Shown: piece by piece, positions 31,914 to 42,880 of the stretch
Position numbering within the stretch: the stretch's first letter is position 1
How the letters are laid out: each line of letters opens with the position of its first letter
Source: Burkholderiaceae bacterium
GTDB lineage: Bacteria; Pseudomonadota; Gammaproteobacteria; Burkholderiales; Burkholderiaceae
Direction: 5' to 3'
NCBI GenBank assembly: GCA_023266335.1
Contig: JAHFQJ010000001.1
Span: 17,364-81,363, forward strand
DNA: 64,000 bases
Notes under the pieces: generated by a model
Told to the model about the DNA's origin: nothing
The model's input: the letters and a program-made list of their open reading frames with translations, nothing else
Databases searched by the model: none
Position numbers and translations under genes: made by a program

Positions 31914-31981
31914 TATACTAATTGAGTTCATTTTACGACGAGACGGCAGCGAAGTTTGCAAATTGAAATCCAATTAGTATA
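31914..31981 (-). repeat. MITE-like dispersed repeat, family A (short copy)
   Basis: tatactaattgagttcattttacgacgagacggcagcgaagtttgcaaattgaaatccaattagtata. Same orientation as the copy at 30336. The termini are near-perfect inverted repeats. Confidence 0.75.
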
Positions 31982-32053
31982 GAACAAGTATATTTGAGTT
32001 AAGAATAATTTTATGGTATCTTATCAGCAGTCATATCAATTTTCAGGTAGTTT

Positions 32054-33001
32054 ATGCCATTGGCGGATAAGAATATTTCTAGTAAAATTAAGCATTATCT
32101 ACGTTTTGATGATTTAACAGCAGATGAATACGCATATATATTTAAACGGTCTGTACAGTTAAAAAATAAATTTAAAGCTTATCAAACTTGGCATCCATTG
32201 CATGACAGAACTCTAGCAATGATTTTTGAAAAAAACTCTACGCGGACACGCTTATCGTTCGAAGCAGGTATACATCAACTAGGCGGACACGGTGTGTATT
32301 TAAATACTCAAGACACACAATTAGGCAGGGGTGAGCCGGTAGAAGATGCAGCGCAGGTAATATCTAGAATGGTAGATATAATTATGATTAGAACATTCGG
32401 GCAGGATATTATAGAAAGATTTGCCCGCAATTCTAGAGTTCCGGTAATTAATGGATTAACTAATGAGTTTCATCCATGCCAAGTATTAGCTGATATATTT
32501 ACTTATTATGAAACATTCAGGTCAATTAAAGGTAAAGCCGTAGCTTGGATTGGCGATGCAAATAATATGGCATACACTTGGATTCAAGCCGCAAAATTAT
32601 TAAATTTTAAAATTAATTTTAGCTCTCCGCCTCAATATAAATTAGATGAAGAATTATTGCCGGATAATGTCGGTGATCATTTAGAAATTTTTTCTAATCC
32701 ATTAGAAGCATGCAAAGATGTAGATATTATTACTACTGATGTATGGACAAGCATGGGATTTGAGTCAGAAAATCATGAAAGGCAAAAAGCATTTTCCGGA
32801 TTTATGGTTAGTGATGAAATGCTAAATGTTGCTAATAAAGATGTAATATTTATGCATTGTTTGCCAGCTCATAGGGGCGAAGAAGTAGCTGCAAGTGTAA
32901 TTGACGGTGATAGAAGCATAGTGTGGGAAGAAGCAGAAAATAGATTACATGTACAGAAAGCCTTGATGGAATATTTGCTTTGCGGAGAAATTGAGGAATA
33001 A
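32054..33001 (+). CDS. argF: ornithine carbamoyltransferase
   Basis: Motifs STRTRLSFE, HPCQVLAD and HCLPAHRGEE (the OTC-type HCLP motif). Confidence 0.9.
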   Translation: MPLADKNISSKIKHYLRFDDLTADEYAYIFKRSVQLKNKFKAYQTWHPLHDRTLAMIFEKNSTRTRLSFEAGIHQLGGHGVYLNTQDTQLGRGEPVEDAAQVISRMVDIIMIRTFGQDIIERFARNSRVPVINGLTNEFHPCQVLADIFTYYETFRSIKGKAVAWIGDANNMAYTWIQAAKLLNFKINFSSPPQYKLDEELLPDNVGDHLEIFSNPLEACKDVDIITTDVWTSMGFESENHERQKAFSGFMVSDEMLNVANKDVIFMHCLPAHRGEEVAASVIDGDRSIVWEEAENRLHVQKALMEYLLCGEIEE

Positions 33002-33097
33002 TAGAAATCTATATATTGTATGTAATTATTCCCATTGATCGGATAATCCAGCTCAATTAAGAGATGCAAAACTTATTACCTTTTATATGTAGGCGCT

Positions 33098-34135
33098 ATG
33101 TTCAATATTATTAGTCTATTTTCTGGTGCTGGCGGTATGGATTTAGGTTTCCAAAAGGCAGGATTTAATGTTATTTGGGCAAATGAATATGATAAGTCCA
33201 TTTGGGAAACTTACGAAAAAAATCACTTAAATACATTCTTAGATAAAAGAGATATTAGGAATATTCAATCTCATGAAATACCTGACTGCGATGGTATTAT
33301 TGGAGGTCCTCCATGTCAAAGCTGGAGTGAGGCAGGCAGTTTACGTGGTATTCAGGACGCAAGAGGGCAGTTATTTTATGACTTTATACGTATTTTAAAT
33401 GATAAAAAACCAAAATTTTTTGTGGCAGAAAATGTATCAGGTATGCTTGCTGATATACATCAAGAAGCTGTGCAGAATATTATGCATGATTTTAAGCAGG
33501 CGGGTTACAGCACATATGTAAAACTGCTTAATGCCTCTGATTTTGGCGTAGCACAAGATAGAAAAAGAGTTTTTTATATTGGATTTAGAGGAGATTTAAG
33601 CCTTCAGTTTCAATGGCCGCAACCGCAAAAAATAAAGAAAAATTTACAAAATATTCTTTGGGATTTAAAAGAAAATGTGTTACCAGCTCAAGATAAAAAT
33701 AAAAGCAATTATAGCAAATGTATTATAGCAAATCATGAATATATGCTGGGCGGATTTTCCACAATTTATATGTCAAGAAATAGGGTAAGAAATTGGCATG
33801 AGCCATCTTTTACTATTCAGGCTGGAGGGAGACATGCTCCAATACATCCGCAAGCTCCTAAAATGCTTCTTGTAGAAACAAATAAAAGAATATTTGTACC
33901 TAATCAAGAGCATTTATACCGCCGTTTAAGCGTAAGAGAATGTGCTAGAATTCAAGAATTTCCAGATGATTTTATTTTTTATTATAATAATTTAGCTGAT
34001 GGCTATAAAATGATTGGTAATGCAGTTCCAGTAAAATTAGCTTATATAATAGCTGGTAAAATATGTAATTCTTTTCAATTATGTCTAGAGCAGACTGCAG
34101 ACAAAAATTATGAGGCAGATGCACATATGGCATAG
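33098..34135 (+). CDS. DNA (cytosine-5)-methyltransferase, M.HaeIII-like (predicted GGCC specificity)
   Basis: All m5C MTase motifs are present: [59 protein letters not shown]. The protein is near-colinear with M.HaeIII as I recall it, including the target-recognition region (...NHEY..G..STI.MSRNRVR.W.EP.FT.QA.GR....HPQAP...[39 protein letters not shown]). Confidence 0.9.
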   Translation: MFNIISLFSGAGGMDLGFQKAGFNVIWANEYDKSIWETYEKNHLNTFLDKRDIRNIQSHEIPDCDGIIGGPPCQSWSEAGSLRGIQDARGQLFYDFIRILNDKKPKFFVAENVSGMLADIHQEAVQNIMHDFKQAGYSTYVKLLNASDFGVAQDRKRVFYIGFRGDLSLQFQWPQPQKIKKNLQNILWDLKENVLPAQDKNKSNYSKCIIANHEYMLGGFSTIYMSRNRVRNWHEPSFTIQAGGRHAPIHPQAPKMLLVETNKRIFVPNQEHLYRRLSVRECARIQEFPDDFIFYYNNLADGYKMIGNAVPVKLAYIIAGKICNSFQLCLEQTADKNYEADAHMA

Positions 34136-34288
34136 CCAAATAATTTTAACAGCAACGTATATTTAGAACATATTCATGAATTGTATGTCCATATTCATAT
34201 AATACTTGTAGTTTAATTCAAGAAAATAAAGATATGAAGCTAAAAAATAAATCCGTATTTGGGTTTAGAATTTTTATATAATTTAAAT

Positions 34289-34597
34289 TCAATGCACATC
34301 AAAAGGTCTGGCAATATCTTGAATCATTTCATCTAAAATATCATCAACCTCATCAAGAGATAAATTTTTATTTGAATTAAAATTTTCTACAATAAAATTA
34401 CATTTTTTTGCTTTATCACCGCTTAATATAGCCTGTGTTCCCATGTGTTTATCGTATACTTCAAGCTTATTATAACTGATATTAAATACCATGTAATTAT
34501 CATCATTAAAAATTAATCTCATATATTGAGCCTTATAAATTATATTTTGGTTTAAATTAAGTTTAAGATTTGAGTAATTTATTTTAGTTTGCCTCAT
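34289..34597 (-). CDS. hypothetical protein
   Basis: 102-aa ORF opposite in strand to both neighbours. No recognisable motif (not an obvious HTH controller). Confidence 0.4.
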   Translation of the reverse strand: MRQTKINYSNLKLNLNQNIIYKAQYMRLIFNDDNYMVFNISYNKLEVYDKHMGTQAILSGDKAKKCNFIVENFNSNKNLSLDEVDDILDEMIQDIARPFDVH

Positions 34598-34833
34598 TGC
34601 TTTTTAAATATTATCTTTTATAAAAAGATTAGCACAAACTTTTAAAATAACAAGTAAATGAAAACAATTATTAAATATGTTTCATATAAGTTACATATAT
34701 GTTAATACAAATTAAATAAAATATCTAGCTATGATGTCAAAATTTTGGGTTTTTACTCATTAAATCAGCTTAAAAATTGAATATTTATATATTTTATGTC
34801 AATATTTTATAAACAGAATAATAATTTATAGAA

Positions 34834-35325
34834 ATGATAGATATACATATAAATTGGGAAGGTCCATTTACTCATTCAGAGGCTTTAAACTTAAATTCAA
34901 AGTGTGATTATGGATTATATACATTTTATGGAGACCATTTAATGTATGGAAAAGATGTTCTTTTGTACTTAGGTAAAGCGGAAAAACAAACGTTTGGAAT
35001 TAGAATAAGGCAGCATAATTGGGAATTGTGGACATCTGGCATAATATCCTTATACGTGGGCAGAATTGCATCAAAAACTCCATTAATAAAAGAAGATTGG
35101 CATCTCCAAATATCTTTAGCAGAAAAAATAATTTTACAGTCTCATAATCCTTCCTTCAACAGCTCAAATTTGAATACAATTGGTTACAGAGGTGAAGATA
35201 CTAGGATTTTAAATTGGGGTAAAAGAAAACTATTATTACCAGAAGTTTCTATGTCTAGGTGGGAGGGTGAATATTCAATCGGCAATCATCTTAGAGATGT
35301 ATTTAAAGTACAGAGTATTTTCTAG
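34834..35325 (+). CDS. stand-alone GIY-YIG-domain nuclease-like protein
   Basis: 163 aa. YGLYTFYG(x12)LLYLGKAEKQTFGIRIRQH ... LAEKIILQSHNPSFNS reproduces the GIY / YxGK / R..H / E / N order of GIY-YIG nucleases (compare the UvrC N-terminal YVGKAKNLRxR ... E..LI....P.YN). Confidence 0.6.
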   Translation: MIDIHINWEGPFTHSEALNLNSKCDYGLYTFYGDHLMYGKDVLLYLGKAEKQTFGIRIRQHNWELWTSGIISLYVGRIASKTPLIKEDWHLQISLAEKIILQSHNPSFNSSNLNTIGYRGEDTRILNWGKRKLLLPEVSMSRWEGEYSIGNHLRDVFKVQSIF

Positions 35326-35450
35326 TTTTATCCGGCATCATGATTAATTCTATAAAATTGGTGGAATAATCCTTTGAAAAACAGCTAACTTTTCTCTTAA
35401 TTACGTGTGATATAATGTTGTTTATTCAGAATATATACATATAAAAATAT

Positions 35451-36416
35451 ATGAAAATTGCCTTTGCAGGAACTCCAGACTTTGCTGCCCATACACTAGA
35501 AAATTTAATTCATCATAACTATGATATTAGATTTATATTAACACAGCCGGATAAACCGGCAGGACGTGGCATGAGGTTTCAGCAAAGTCCAGTAAAGCAG
35601 GCTGCACTAAAAAATAATATAGAAATATACCAGCCTTCATCTTTAAAATTAGCTGGAAAAGATGCAGAATTAGCTGGGCAAATCCATAATTTATTAAATG
35701 AAATAGATGTATTAATAGTTGCTGCTTACGGCATGTTATTGCCTGCCTCTATTGTTAATGAATTTTTATGTTTAAATATTCATGCATCAATTCTACCGCG
35801 TTGGCGTGGGGCTGCCCCTATACATAGAGCTATACAAGCTGGCGATAAAAAAACCGGTATTAGTATTATGCATATGAATGAAGGATTAGATACCGGAGAC
35901 ATTTTATATATTAATGAGACTGAAATTACTAAGACTGATACTACAGCTATTCTACACGATAGATTAGCAGAATTAGGAGCGCAAAGCATTGTACATACAT
36001 TGAGTGATTTAGACAATTTAATCAAAAATAAGATTTCTCAATCAGTATATGATGAAAGCCTTATTAGTTATGCACATAAAATTTCAAAACAAGAGGCTAA
36101 TTTAGATTTAACTCAAAATATTAATATTATTGATAATAATATCAGAGCATTTAATCCGTTTCCAACTGCACAAATTGGAGAATATAAAATTTGGTCTGCT
36201 GTATTAGAACCAGCAGAATTAGATAAAAATATAAAAAATGGTGAAGTTATTGACACAAATAATGGCAAAACTATCAAAATTGCATGTAGTAACGGCAAGG
36301 CTTACATTGAAATATTAGAATTACAGATAGCAGGTAAAAAGCGTATGAAGGCACAAGAGTTTCTGCTTGGACACTCTATAAAAATAGGGGATAATTTATC
36401 CAAGCCCATTGAATAA
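35451..36416 (+). CDS. fmt: methionyl-tRNA formyltransferase
   Basis: Motifs IAFAGTPDFA and NIHASILPRWRGAAPIHRAI. 321 aa. No def gene lies upstream. Confidence 0.92.
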   Translation: MKIAFAGTPDFAAHTLENLIHHNYDIRFILTQPDKPAGRGMRFQQSPVKQAALKNNIEIYQPSSLKLAGKDAELAGQIHNLLNEIDVLIVAAYGMLLPASIVNEFLCLNIHASILPRWRGAAPIHRAIQAGDKKTGISIMHMNEGLDTGDILYINETEITKTDTTAILHDRLAELGAQSIVHTLSDLDNLIKNKISQSVYDESLISYAHKISKQEANLDLTQNINIIDNNIRAFNPFPTAQIGEYKIWSAVLEPAELDKNIKNGEVIDTNNGKTIKIACSNGKAYIEILELQIAGKKRMKAQEFLLGHSIKIGDNLSKPIE

Positions 36417-36474
36417 TTTACACCTAATGCCAATTAAGGTAAAATAATCCTACAAAATATTTTTTAAACTGGTA

Positions 36475-36539
36475 TATACTTAATTGTAGTTCATTTTACG
36501 ACAAGGCGACAGTAATAAATGACAAATCAGATTAGTATA
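36475..36539 (-). repeat. MITE-like dispersed repeat, family A (short, diverged copy)
   Basis: tatacttaattgtagttcattttacgacaaggcgacagtaataaatgacaaatcagattagtata. It ends 33 bp before the next start codon. Confidence 0.65.
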
Positions 36540-36572
36540 GGCACAATAAATTACTTGGAGTAAAATTAGGAT

Positions 36573-37691
36573 ATGTTCAAGCTCGAGCAGGAAATTCAGA
36601 TAAATGCATTACAGCAATTACCAGTGTATACGTATTTTGATGAAGATTTATATAAAAAAGAGCTTAATTTTCTGTTTAATGTAAGTCCAAAATATGTGGG
36701 TCATGAACTAATGATTACTGAAATAGGCTCTTATTATACATTACCACAGGATAATCACAGCAGAGCATTAATCCGAGATATACGCGGAGTTAATTTAATA
36801 TCAAATGTATGCAGGCACAGACAAGCCTTAATGCTGAAAGGTACAGGCATCACACAAAATATTGTCTGCCCTTTACATTTATGGACATATAATAAATCAG
36901 GCGAGTTGATAAGTGCACCGCATTTTGAAAATCTGCCATGCAGCCGTCTTCTGCACTATCAGCTGCAATCGTGGAAAGGCATGTTATTTGAAGGTGATCT
37001 AAAGCATAGAATTATTCAGGATTTAAATAATATTATCAAGCAGTTTCCCGCTTTAGCAAAATTTGATTTTTCTAATTATGTATTTAGTAATACGAAAGTA
37101 AATGAATGCGGATATAATTGGAAAACATTTATCGAGGTATATCTTGAAGATTACCATGTAAATTCCTTTCATCCGGGATTAGGAAATTTTGTAGACTGTG
37201 ATGATTTACAATGGCATTTTGGTGAAGATTATTCAATACAAATGGTTGGCTTAAAAGGTCTAAAAAAATCAGGCTCTAAAGTTTATCAAACATGGCAGAA
37301 GCAGCTGCTTAAATATGCAGATAATAATGACTTACCTGAATATGGGGCAATTTGGCTTACATATTATCCGAATATTATGGTTGAATGGTATCCGTTTGCA
37401 ATGGTTATTTCAACCTTACATCCAAACGGCATAAATAAAACTCAAAATATTGTAGAATTTTATTATCCGGAAGAAATAGGCTTATTTGAGCCTGATTTTA
37501 TTGCAAGTCAGCAGGCTGCATATATGGAAACCTGTACAGAAGATGATGAAATTGCCATACGTATGGATAGCGGCAGGTATGGTTTATATAAAAGAGCTAT
37601 AAATGAGTTTGGTCCGTATCAAAGCCCGATGGAAGATGGTATGGAACATTTTCATAAATGGTATAGAAAGCATGTTGAAGTAAGTGACTAA
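36573..37691 (+). CDS. Rieske [2Fe-2S] ring-hydroxylating-oxygenase alpha-subunit-like protein
   Basis: Rieske motif CRHRQALM(x13)CPLHLWTY. The C-terminal domain has YLEDYHVNSFHPG (mononuclear-iron His pair). 372 aa. Confidence 0.8.
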   Translation: MFKLEQEIQINALQQLPVYTYFDEDLYKKELNFLFNVSPKYVGHELMITEIGSYYTLPQDNHSRALIRDIRGVNLISNVCRHRQALMLKGTGITQNIVCPLHLWTYNKSGELISAPHFENLPCSRLLHYQLQSWKGMLFEGDLKHRIIQDLNNIIKQFPALAKFDFSNYVFSNTKVNECGYNWKTFIEVYLEDYHVNSFHPGLGNFVDCDDLQWHFGEDYSIQMVGLKGLKKSGSKVYQTWQKQLLKYADNNDLPEYGAIWLTYYPNIMVEWYPFAMVISTLHPNGINKTQNIVEFYYPEEIGLFEPDFIASQQAAYMETCTEDDEIAIRMDSGRYGLYKRAINEFGPYQSPMEDGMEHFHKWYRKHVEVSD

Positions 37692-37708
37692 GCTCATAGG
37701 AATGTTAT

Positions 37709-37936
37709 ATGGAGGCTCATGAAATTTTAGATGTAACAGGCTTAACTTGCCCGAAGCCATTACTTTATACAAAGAAAAAGCTATCATCTATGGCAACTCA
37801 GACAATTTTACAAGTTATATTAGATGATAAAAAAAGTTTAGAAGATTTTTCATTTTTTTGTAAAGCTACAGGACATATTTTATTAGATGTAATTGATATA
37901 GCTGTACCCATTATTTTATATATTAGGGTAAAATAA
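37709..37936 (+). CDS. TusA/SirA-family sulfurtransferase-like protein
   Basis: 75 aa. LDVTGLTCPKPLL carries the CPxP active-site motif. Confidence 0.7.
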   Translation: MEAHEILDVTGLTCPKPLLYTKKKLSSMATQTILQVILDDKKSLEDFSFFCKATGHILLDVIDIAVPIILYIRVK

Positions 37937-37995
37937 ATTTTAACTTCATAGAACTTCTTATCAATTATTATTACCAAAAATATAGTAATATAAAA

Positions 37996-40773
37996 TCACT
38001 TATGCCCTAAAACACATTGCCATAGATTTTTAATATCAAGAATTAAAGCTTGTACTTCATCAGTTTTCACAATACTTTTTTTATGATCTAGGCGTAATTT
38101 ATACTGCATTTTTCTGTAAGTTTTATATGCACCAGCCGCATTTTCTGCAATATCTTGTGGAATTAATGCGTAGTTCGAAGCTATTTCTAATAATTTCACA
38201 TTGCCTAAATTTTCTAGTAATTTATCACACTCTTTTCCATAAGCCAAAATCAAATACTGCACAGCAAACTCTACATCTATCATACCGCCGGCACTATACT
38301 TTAAATTAAACATTTCAGGCTGATATTTTTTTTCTTGGGAAATTTTATTGCGCATTGCAATTATTTCCTGCTTTAATGCATTTTTATCTTTATCTGCAGA
38401 TAAAATATGACAGCGTAAAGTCTCAAACATCATGCCAATTTTTTGATTACCTGCACAAAACCTTGCCCTAGTTAAGGCTTGATGTTCCCAAGTCCACGCA
38501 CTATTGCTTACTCTTTGAGTTTGATATGCAATAAAACCTTGAATTGAACTAACCAGCATGCCGGATTGCCCATTTGGTCTTAATCTGGTATCAATTTCAC
38601 ACACCTTACCTGCACCGGTATTACTGGTTAACCAAGTTATCAGTTTACGGGCTAAATAAGTATAGGTTGTTAATGCATCTGCAAGTTTTGTGCTTTCTTC
38701 ATCATATAAAAATACTAAATCTAAATCAGATTCATACCCAAGTTCTTTACCGCCCAACTTTCCATAAGCAATAATTGCAAAATGCGGAATTGGTTCATTT
38801 ATTTCAATTGTACTCCAAACTGCTATAATAGTTTCTTCTAGTGTTGCATCGACTAGTGCAGATAATAAATCAGCAATTGTTAAAACATCATATTGTCCAT
38901 ATATTTCCGCTAGTAAAATACGGAAAACTTCAGCATGATAATGTTGCCTTAAAGTATCAAGCTGATATTCTAAAGCATTCTTATGCAAATTTAATTTATA
39001 TGCTAAGCGGGAACGGTATTCTTTCCAGTCAAATTCAATTTTATCCACAGAACGTAATAACTCATCAATAACTTGGGGGTGGGTTATTACATATTGAGAA
39101 ATCCAAGAAGAATGTCCTAATACTATAACGAGTTTATCAACTATAGCAGGATACTGCACAAGTAAAGATAAATAAGAACGGCGCTGACTAATGACATTTA
39201 AAAAATCAATATAACGCATTAATACAGTATCTTTATTATTTGCTCTAGCAGAGCTTAGAATGCCTAAATAAATGCAGTTTTTAAAATATTGTTGCGATTT
39301 ACCCGATAATATACGGTATTTTGCACTGCTTAGCATGCTATTTATATGCGTTAATATTTGTTCTGGCAAACCAAAACCATTTTCCTTGAGCCATTTATTT
39401 AAACTGCTATCTAATTGTAAATTCTCAAAATCAAAATATTGCTCTTTAGATTTTTCCGGCTCATAAAAAATTTTCTGAAATAAACTATGTACATATTCTT
39501 GATATTCATGCACTTGTTTTTTTAATTCTTGGATTTTATTTTCATCATAATTTAAGAATAAAGAAATACTTTGCCAATCTTTATTATTTTCATTTTTGGG
39601 TAAATTATGTGTATGCTCATCTCTTAAATATTGAATAGCATGTTCTAAATTACGGTATTGTATATAAATATTAATTAAATTCTTACTGTCAGCATAACTG
39701 ATTAAACTATATTGAGGTAAAATTTCCAAAGCTTTAATTGTATTATTTGTTTGTAAATGAGGGTTTTGTCCCCCATGAATTAACTGATAAACTTGAGCAA
39801 TAAATTCAATTTCACGAATTCCGCCATTGCCTAATTTAATGCTGTACTGATTAATTTTTTTATTTTGCTCTATCTTAATTTTTTGATGTATTTCTCTTAA
39901 TGCTTCTAATAAATTATAATCAAGATAGCGCCTGTAAACAAAAGTACGTATTAATTGAGATAAATATCTGTTTTGAACCGCTGGATATATTTGTCTAGCT
40001 TTAAGCCATGCAAAACGCTCCCATGCTCTGCCTTGCGTTAGTAAATATTCTTCAAACATACTGGTATTACAAACTATACTGCCAATATCTCCATAAGGTC
40101 TAAGACGCATATCCACTCTAAACACAAAACCATGCTCAGTTATTTTATTTAAACCTTGAATAATTCTTTGTCCAAGTTTTTCAAAATATTCATTGGTGCT
40201 AATATTTAATTTACTATTATCAGAAACTTTTTGTTTATGACTTTCCAATTCATAATTATCTTCAAATAAAAAGACTAAATCTATATCCGAAGATACATTT
40301 AATTCGCATCCTCCAAGCTTACCCATCGCCATAATAATAATAGGCACGGGTTTTCCATATTCATCAGTAGGACAATTATATATGCAGTTCAATTGATTTT
40401 GATTTAATTCTACTAATGTATTAATTGCAAAATCAGCTAAATAAGACATCGTTGCAACAACTTCTTGGTAATTACATAAATTTTTCAATTGTCGTTCAAT
40501 TAAATTACATAAAACATGATTACGTAATTTTCTTAAAGCTTGCTTGCATGTCTGAATTTTATAATTTAACTCATCTTTCAAATTTTCAAATTTAGCTTCT
40601 TTATTATCAATTTTTTGATAATAACTTAAATATAAATTATTAATTTTATCTAAACTATCAACCGCTGCATAATTATGCTCTTCTAATATACTTTTTAGTT
40701 CAGGTTTAGCAAGATATTGAGTAAATAAATAAGATGAAGAATATTCTGCAGTACTATTGGTATCAGGCAGCAT
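37996..40773 (-). CDS. glnE: bifunctional glutamine synthetase adenylyltransferase/adenylyl-removing enzyme
   Basis: 925 aa with two nucleotidyltransferase cores: GKLGGCELNVSSDIDLVFL and GKLGGKELGYESDLDLVFLY. Confidence 0.92.
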   Translation of the reverse strand: MLPDTNSTAEYSSSYLFTQYLAKPELKSILEEHNYAAVDSLDKINNLYLSYYQKIDNKEAKFENLKDELNYKIQTCKQALRKLRNHVLCNLIERQLKNLCNYQEVVATMSYLADFAINTLVELNQNQLNCIYNCPTDEYGKPVPIIIMAMGKLGGCELNVSSDIDLVFLFEDNYELESHKQKVSDNSKLNISTNEYFEKLGQRIIQGLNKITEHGFVFRVDMRLRPYGDIGSIVCNTSMFEEYLLTQGRAWERFAWLKARQIYPAVQNRYLSQLIRTFVYRRYLDYNLLEALREIHQKIKIEQNKKINQYSIKLGNGGIREIEFIAQVYQLIHGGQNPHLQTNNTIKALEILPQYSLISYADSKNLINIYIQYRNLEHAIQYLRDEHTHNLPKNENNKDWQSISLFLNYDENKIQELKKQVHEYQEYVHSLFQKIFYEPEKSKEQYFDFENLQLDSSLNKWLKENGFGLPEQILTHINSMLSSAKYRILSGKSQQYFKNCIYLGILSSARANNKDTVLMRYIDFLNVISQRRSYLSLLVQYPAIVDKLVIVLGHSSWISQYVITHPQVIDELLRSVDKIEFDWKEYRSRLAYKLNLHKNALEYQLDTLRQHYHAEVFRILLAEIYGQYDVLTIADLLSALVDATLEETIIAVWSTIEINEPIPHFAIIAYGKLGGKELGYESDLDLVFLYDEESTKLADALTTYTYLARKLITWLTSNTGAGKVCEIDTRLRPNGQSGMLVSSIQGFIAYQTQRVSNSAWTWEHQALTRARFCAGNQKIGMMFETLRCHILSADKDKNALKQEIIAMRNKISQEKKYQPEMFNLKYSAGGMIDVEFAVQYLILAYGKECDKLLENLGNVKLLEIASNYALIPQDIAENAAGAYKTYRKMQYKLRLDHKKSIVKTDEVQALILDIKNLWQCVLGHK

Positions 40774-40830
40774 AATTGTTACATTGAAGAGTAGTTAGTT
40801 ATCATTTTAGGATAGCAGGATTAAAATATC

Positions 40831-40878
40831 AATAAAAACAAAATTCCCCATTGAAAACATAATTAAATGAGGAATTTT
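40831..40878 (-). terminator. intrinsic terminator candidate downstream of rpsA
   Basis: The minus-strand sense reads AAAATTCCTCA-(17 nt loop)-TGGGGAATTTT, an 11-bp stem including one G-U. It is followed by GTTTTTATT and starts about 25 nt after the rpsA stop. Confidence 0.5.
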
Positions 40879-40903
40879 TTATTAAAACTATTATATAAAC
40901 AAA

Positions 40904-42607
40904 TTAACTATTCAACTTAGCTTTCAATAAAGCACCTAAATTAGTAGTGCCAGCATTATTAGCTGTTACTGCTTGTTCTTGATGGTGGTTATTGTTAGCC
41001 TTTGATTCTCTAGTTTCAGCCGGAGCATTCAAGGCTTTAACAGATACTGTAATCATACGGTTTTTCTTATCAATGCTTATAATTGCAGCATTCAAAGTTT
41101 GCCCGGCTTTTAATAAAGCGGTTGCATCTTCGACATTTCCATCTGCTAATTCAGTAGCCGGCAAGAATCCCTCAACTTCATTTGCTAATGTAACAACTGC
41201 ACCTTTAGGCTCAACACCCTTAATGGTAACATTAATTACTGCACCTTTATCATTAGATGTTGTATAGTTCGTGAACGGATCGCCGCTTAATTGCTTAATA
41301 CCTAAAGAAATACGTTCTTTTTCAACATCAATTGCTAAAATAACTGCTTCTTGCTCATCGCCTTTTTTGAAATTACGCACAGCCTCTTCACCAGGCTCAT
41401 TCCAAGATAAGTCAGATAAGTGTACTAACCCGTCAATTCCGCCATCTAAACCAATAAATACGCCAAAATCAGTAATTGAGCGGATTGTACCGCGGATTTT
41501 CTCGCTTACTTTATGATTTTGTGAAAATTCAGCCCACGGATTTTTTTTGCATTGTTTCATGCCTAAGCTAATACGACGGATTTCACCATTAATTTCTAAT
41601 ACAACTATTTCAACTTCATCGCCTAACTGTACAACTTTATTTGGTGCAACATTTTTGTTTGTCCAATCCATTTCTGAAACGTGAACTAAACCTTCAATGC
41701 CGCTTTCTATTTCAACAAATGCACCGTAGTCAGTGATATTCGTTACTTTACCAACTAATTTTGTACCTTGCGGATATCTAGAGGCAATACCTAACCATGG
41801 GTCATTGCCTAATTGTTTAATACCTAAAGATACACGGTTTTTTTCTTGATCAAATTTTAAAATCTTAGCTTCGATTTCTTGCCCTTGCTGAACTACTTCG
41901 CTTGGATGTTTAACTCTTCTCCAAGCTAAGTCAGTAATATGTAATAAACCGTCAATTCCGCCTAAATCAACGAAAGCACCATATTCTGTGATATTTTTAA
42001 TTGTGCCTTTAACAATTGTACCTTCTTGGAGTGTGTCAATTAATTTCTGACGCTCTTCACCCATTGAAGCTTCAACCACTGCACGACGTGATAATACAAC
42101 ATTATTACGCTTTCTATCTAATTTAATAACTTTAAACTCGATAGTTTTACCTTCAAATGGAGTTGTATCTTTAATTGGACGTACATCTACTAAAGAACCA
42201 GGCAAAAAGGCTCTAATGCCGTTAACAACAACTGTTAAGCCACCTTTTACTTTGCCGGTTACTGTACCTGTTACTAATTCTCCGCTTTCTAGAGCTTTTT
42301 CTAAATTTAACCAAGATGCTAAACGCTTAGCTTTATCACGGGATAAAATAGTATCGCCATATCCATTTTCTAAAGAATCAATTGCAACGGCAACAAAGTC
42401 TCCTACTTCAACTTCTAAAGCGCCAGCGTCATTATGAAACTCTTCAATAGGGATAAAAGATTCTGATTTTAATCCGGCATTTACAACTACAAAGTTACGG
42501 TCAATACGGCTTACTTCGGCTGATATAACCTCGCCTACTTTCACGTTTGATTGTTGTAATGACTCTTCAAACAACTTTGCAAAAGATTCTATTTGTACTT
42601 CTGACAT
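40904..42607 (-). CDS. rpsA: 30S ribosomal protein S1
   Basis: 567 aa with six S1 domains (e.g. [52 protein letters not shown]). Confidence 0.97.
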   Translation of the reverse strand: MSEVQIESFAKLFEESLQQSNVKVGEVISAEVSRIDRNFVVVNAGLKSESFIPIEEFHNDAGALEVEVGDFVAVAIDSLENGYGDTILSRDKAKRLASWLNLEKALESGELVTGTVTGKVKGGLTVVVNGIRAFLPGSLVDVRPIKDTTPFEGKTIEFKVIKLDRKRNNVVLSRRAVVEASMGEERQKLIDTLQEGTIVKGTIKNITEYGAFVDLGGIDGLLHITDLAWRRVKHPSEVVQQGQEIEAKILKFDQEKNRVSLGIKQLGNDPWLGIASRYPQGTKLVGKVTNITDYGAFVEIESGIEGLVHVSEMDWTNKNVAPNKVVQLGDEVEIVVLEINGEIRRISLGMKQCKKNPWAEFSQNHKVSEKIRGTIRSITDFGVFIGLDGGIDGLVHLSDLSWNEPGEEAVRNFKKGDEQEAVILAIDVEKERISLGIKQLSGDPFTNYTTSNDKGAVINVTIKGVEPKGAVVTLANEVEGFLPATELADGNVEDATALLKAGQTLNAAIISIDKKNRMITVSVKALNAPAETRESKANNNHHQEQAVTANNAGTTNLGALLKAKLNS

Positions 42608-42880
42608 ATATAAAAAACCTAAAATTTAATTGTATATTTTACCTTAATTTGATCTTGAAGCAGATTTAGTCTATAAATATACAATGACACTTATCATTTG
42701 ATGATAAATATCTGTTAATGTTAAAAAAGCTCGCGCCGCCCATAAAAAATTACGCCTAAAATATAAAGACGTTTGGGCTTATTATAGCATTTATTCCTAA
42801 AAATGCAAAGTTCAGACTTGAATAGAGATTGAATAAATAATTTGAAAAATAAACTGAATTATTATCTAATACTAAACTAC

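Noticed and set aside
34834-35325. ORF163 as the Vsr very-short-patch repair nuclease that often accompanies Dcm
   Set aside because: The size fits, but the sequence shows a GIY-YIG pattern and none of the Vsr motifs I recall (…FVVDEY…HGCFWH…).
38127-39466. Multiple 60-76-aa plus-strand ORFs inside glnE (likewise inside rpsA, the IcmB-like gene, hemL, murA, etc.)
   Set aside because: All are antisense to long, motif-supported genes. They are expected by chance in AT-rich DNA, where stop codons are depleted on the strand opposite coding sequence.
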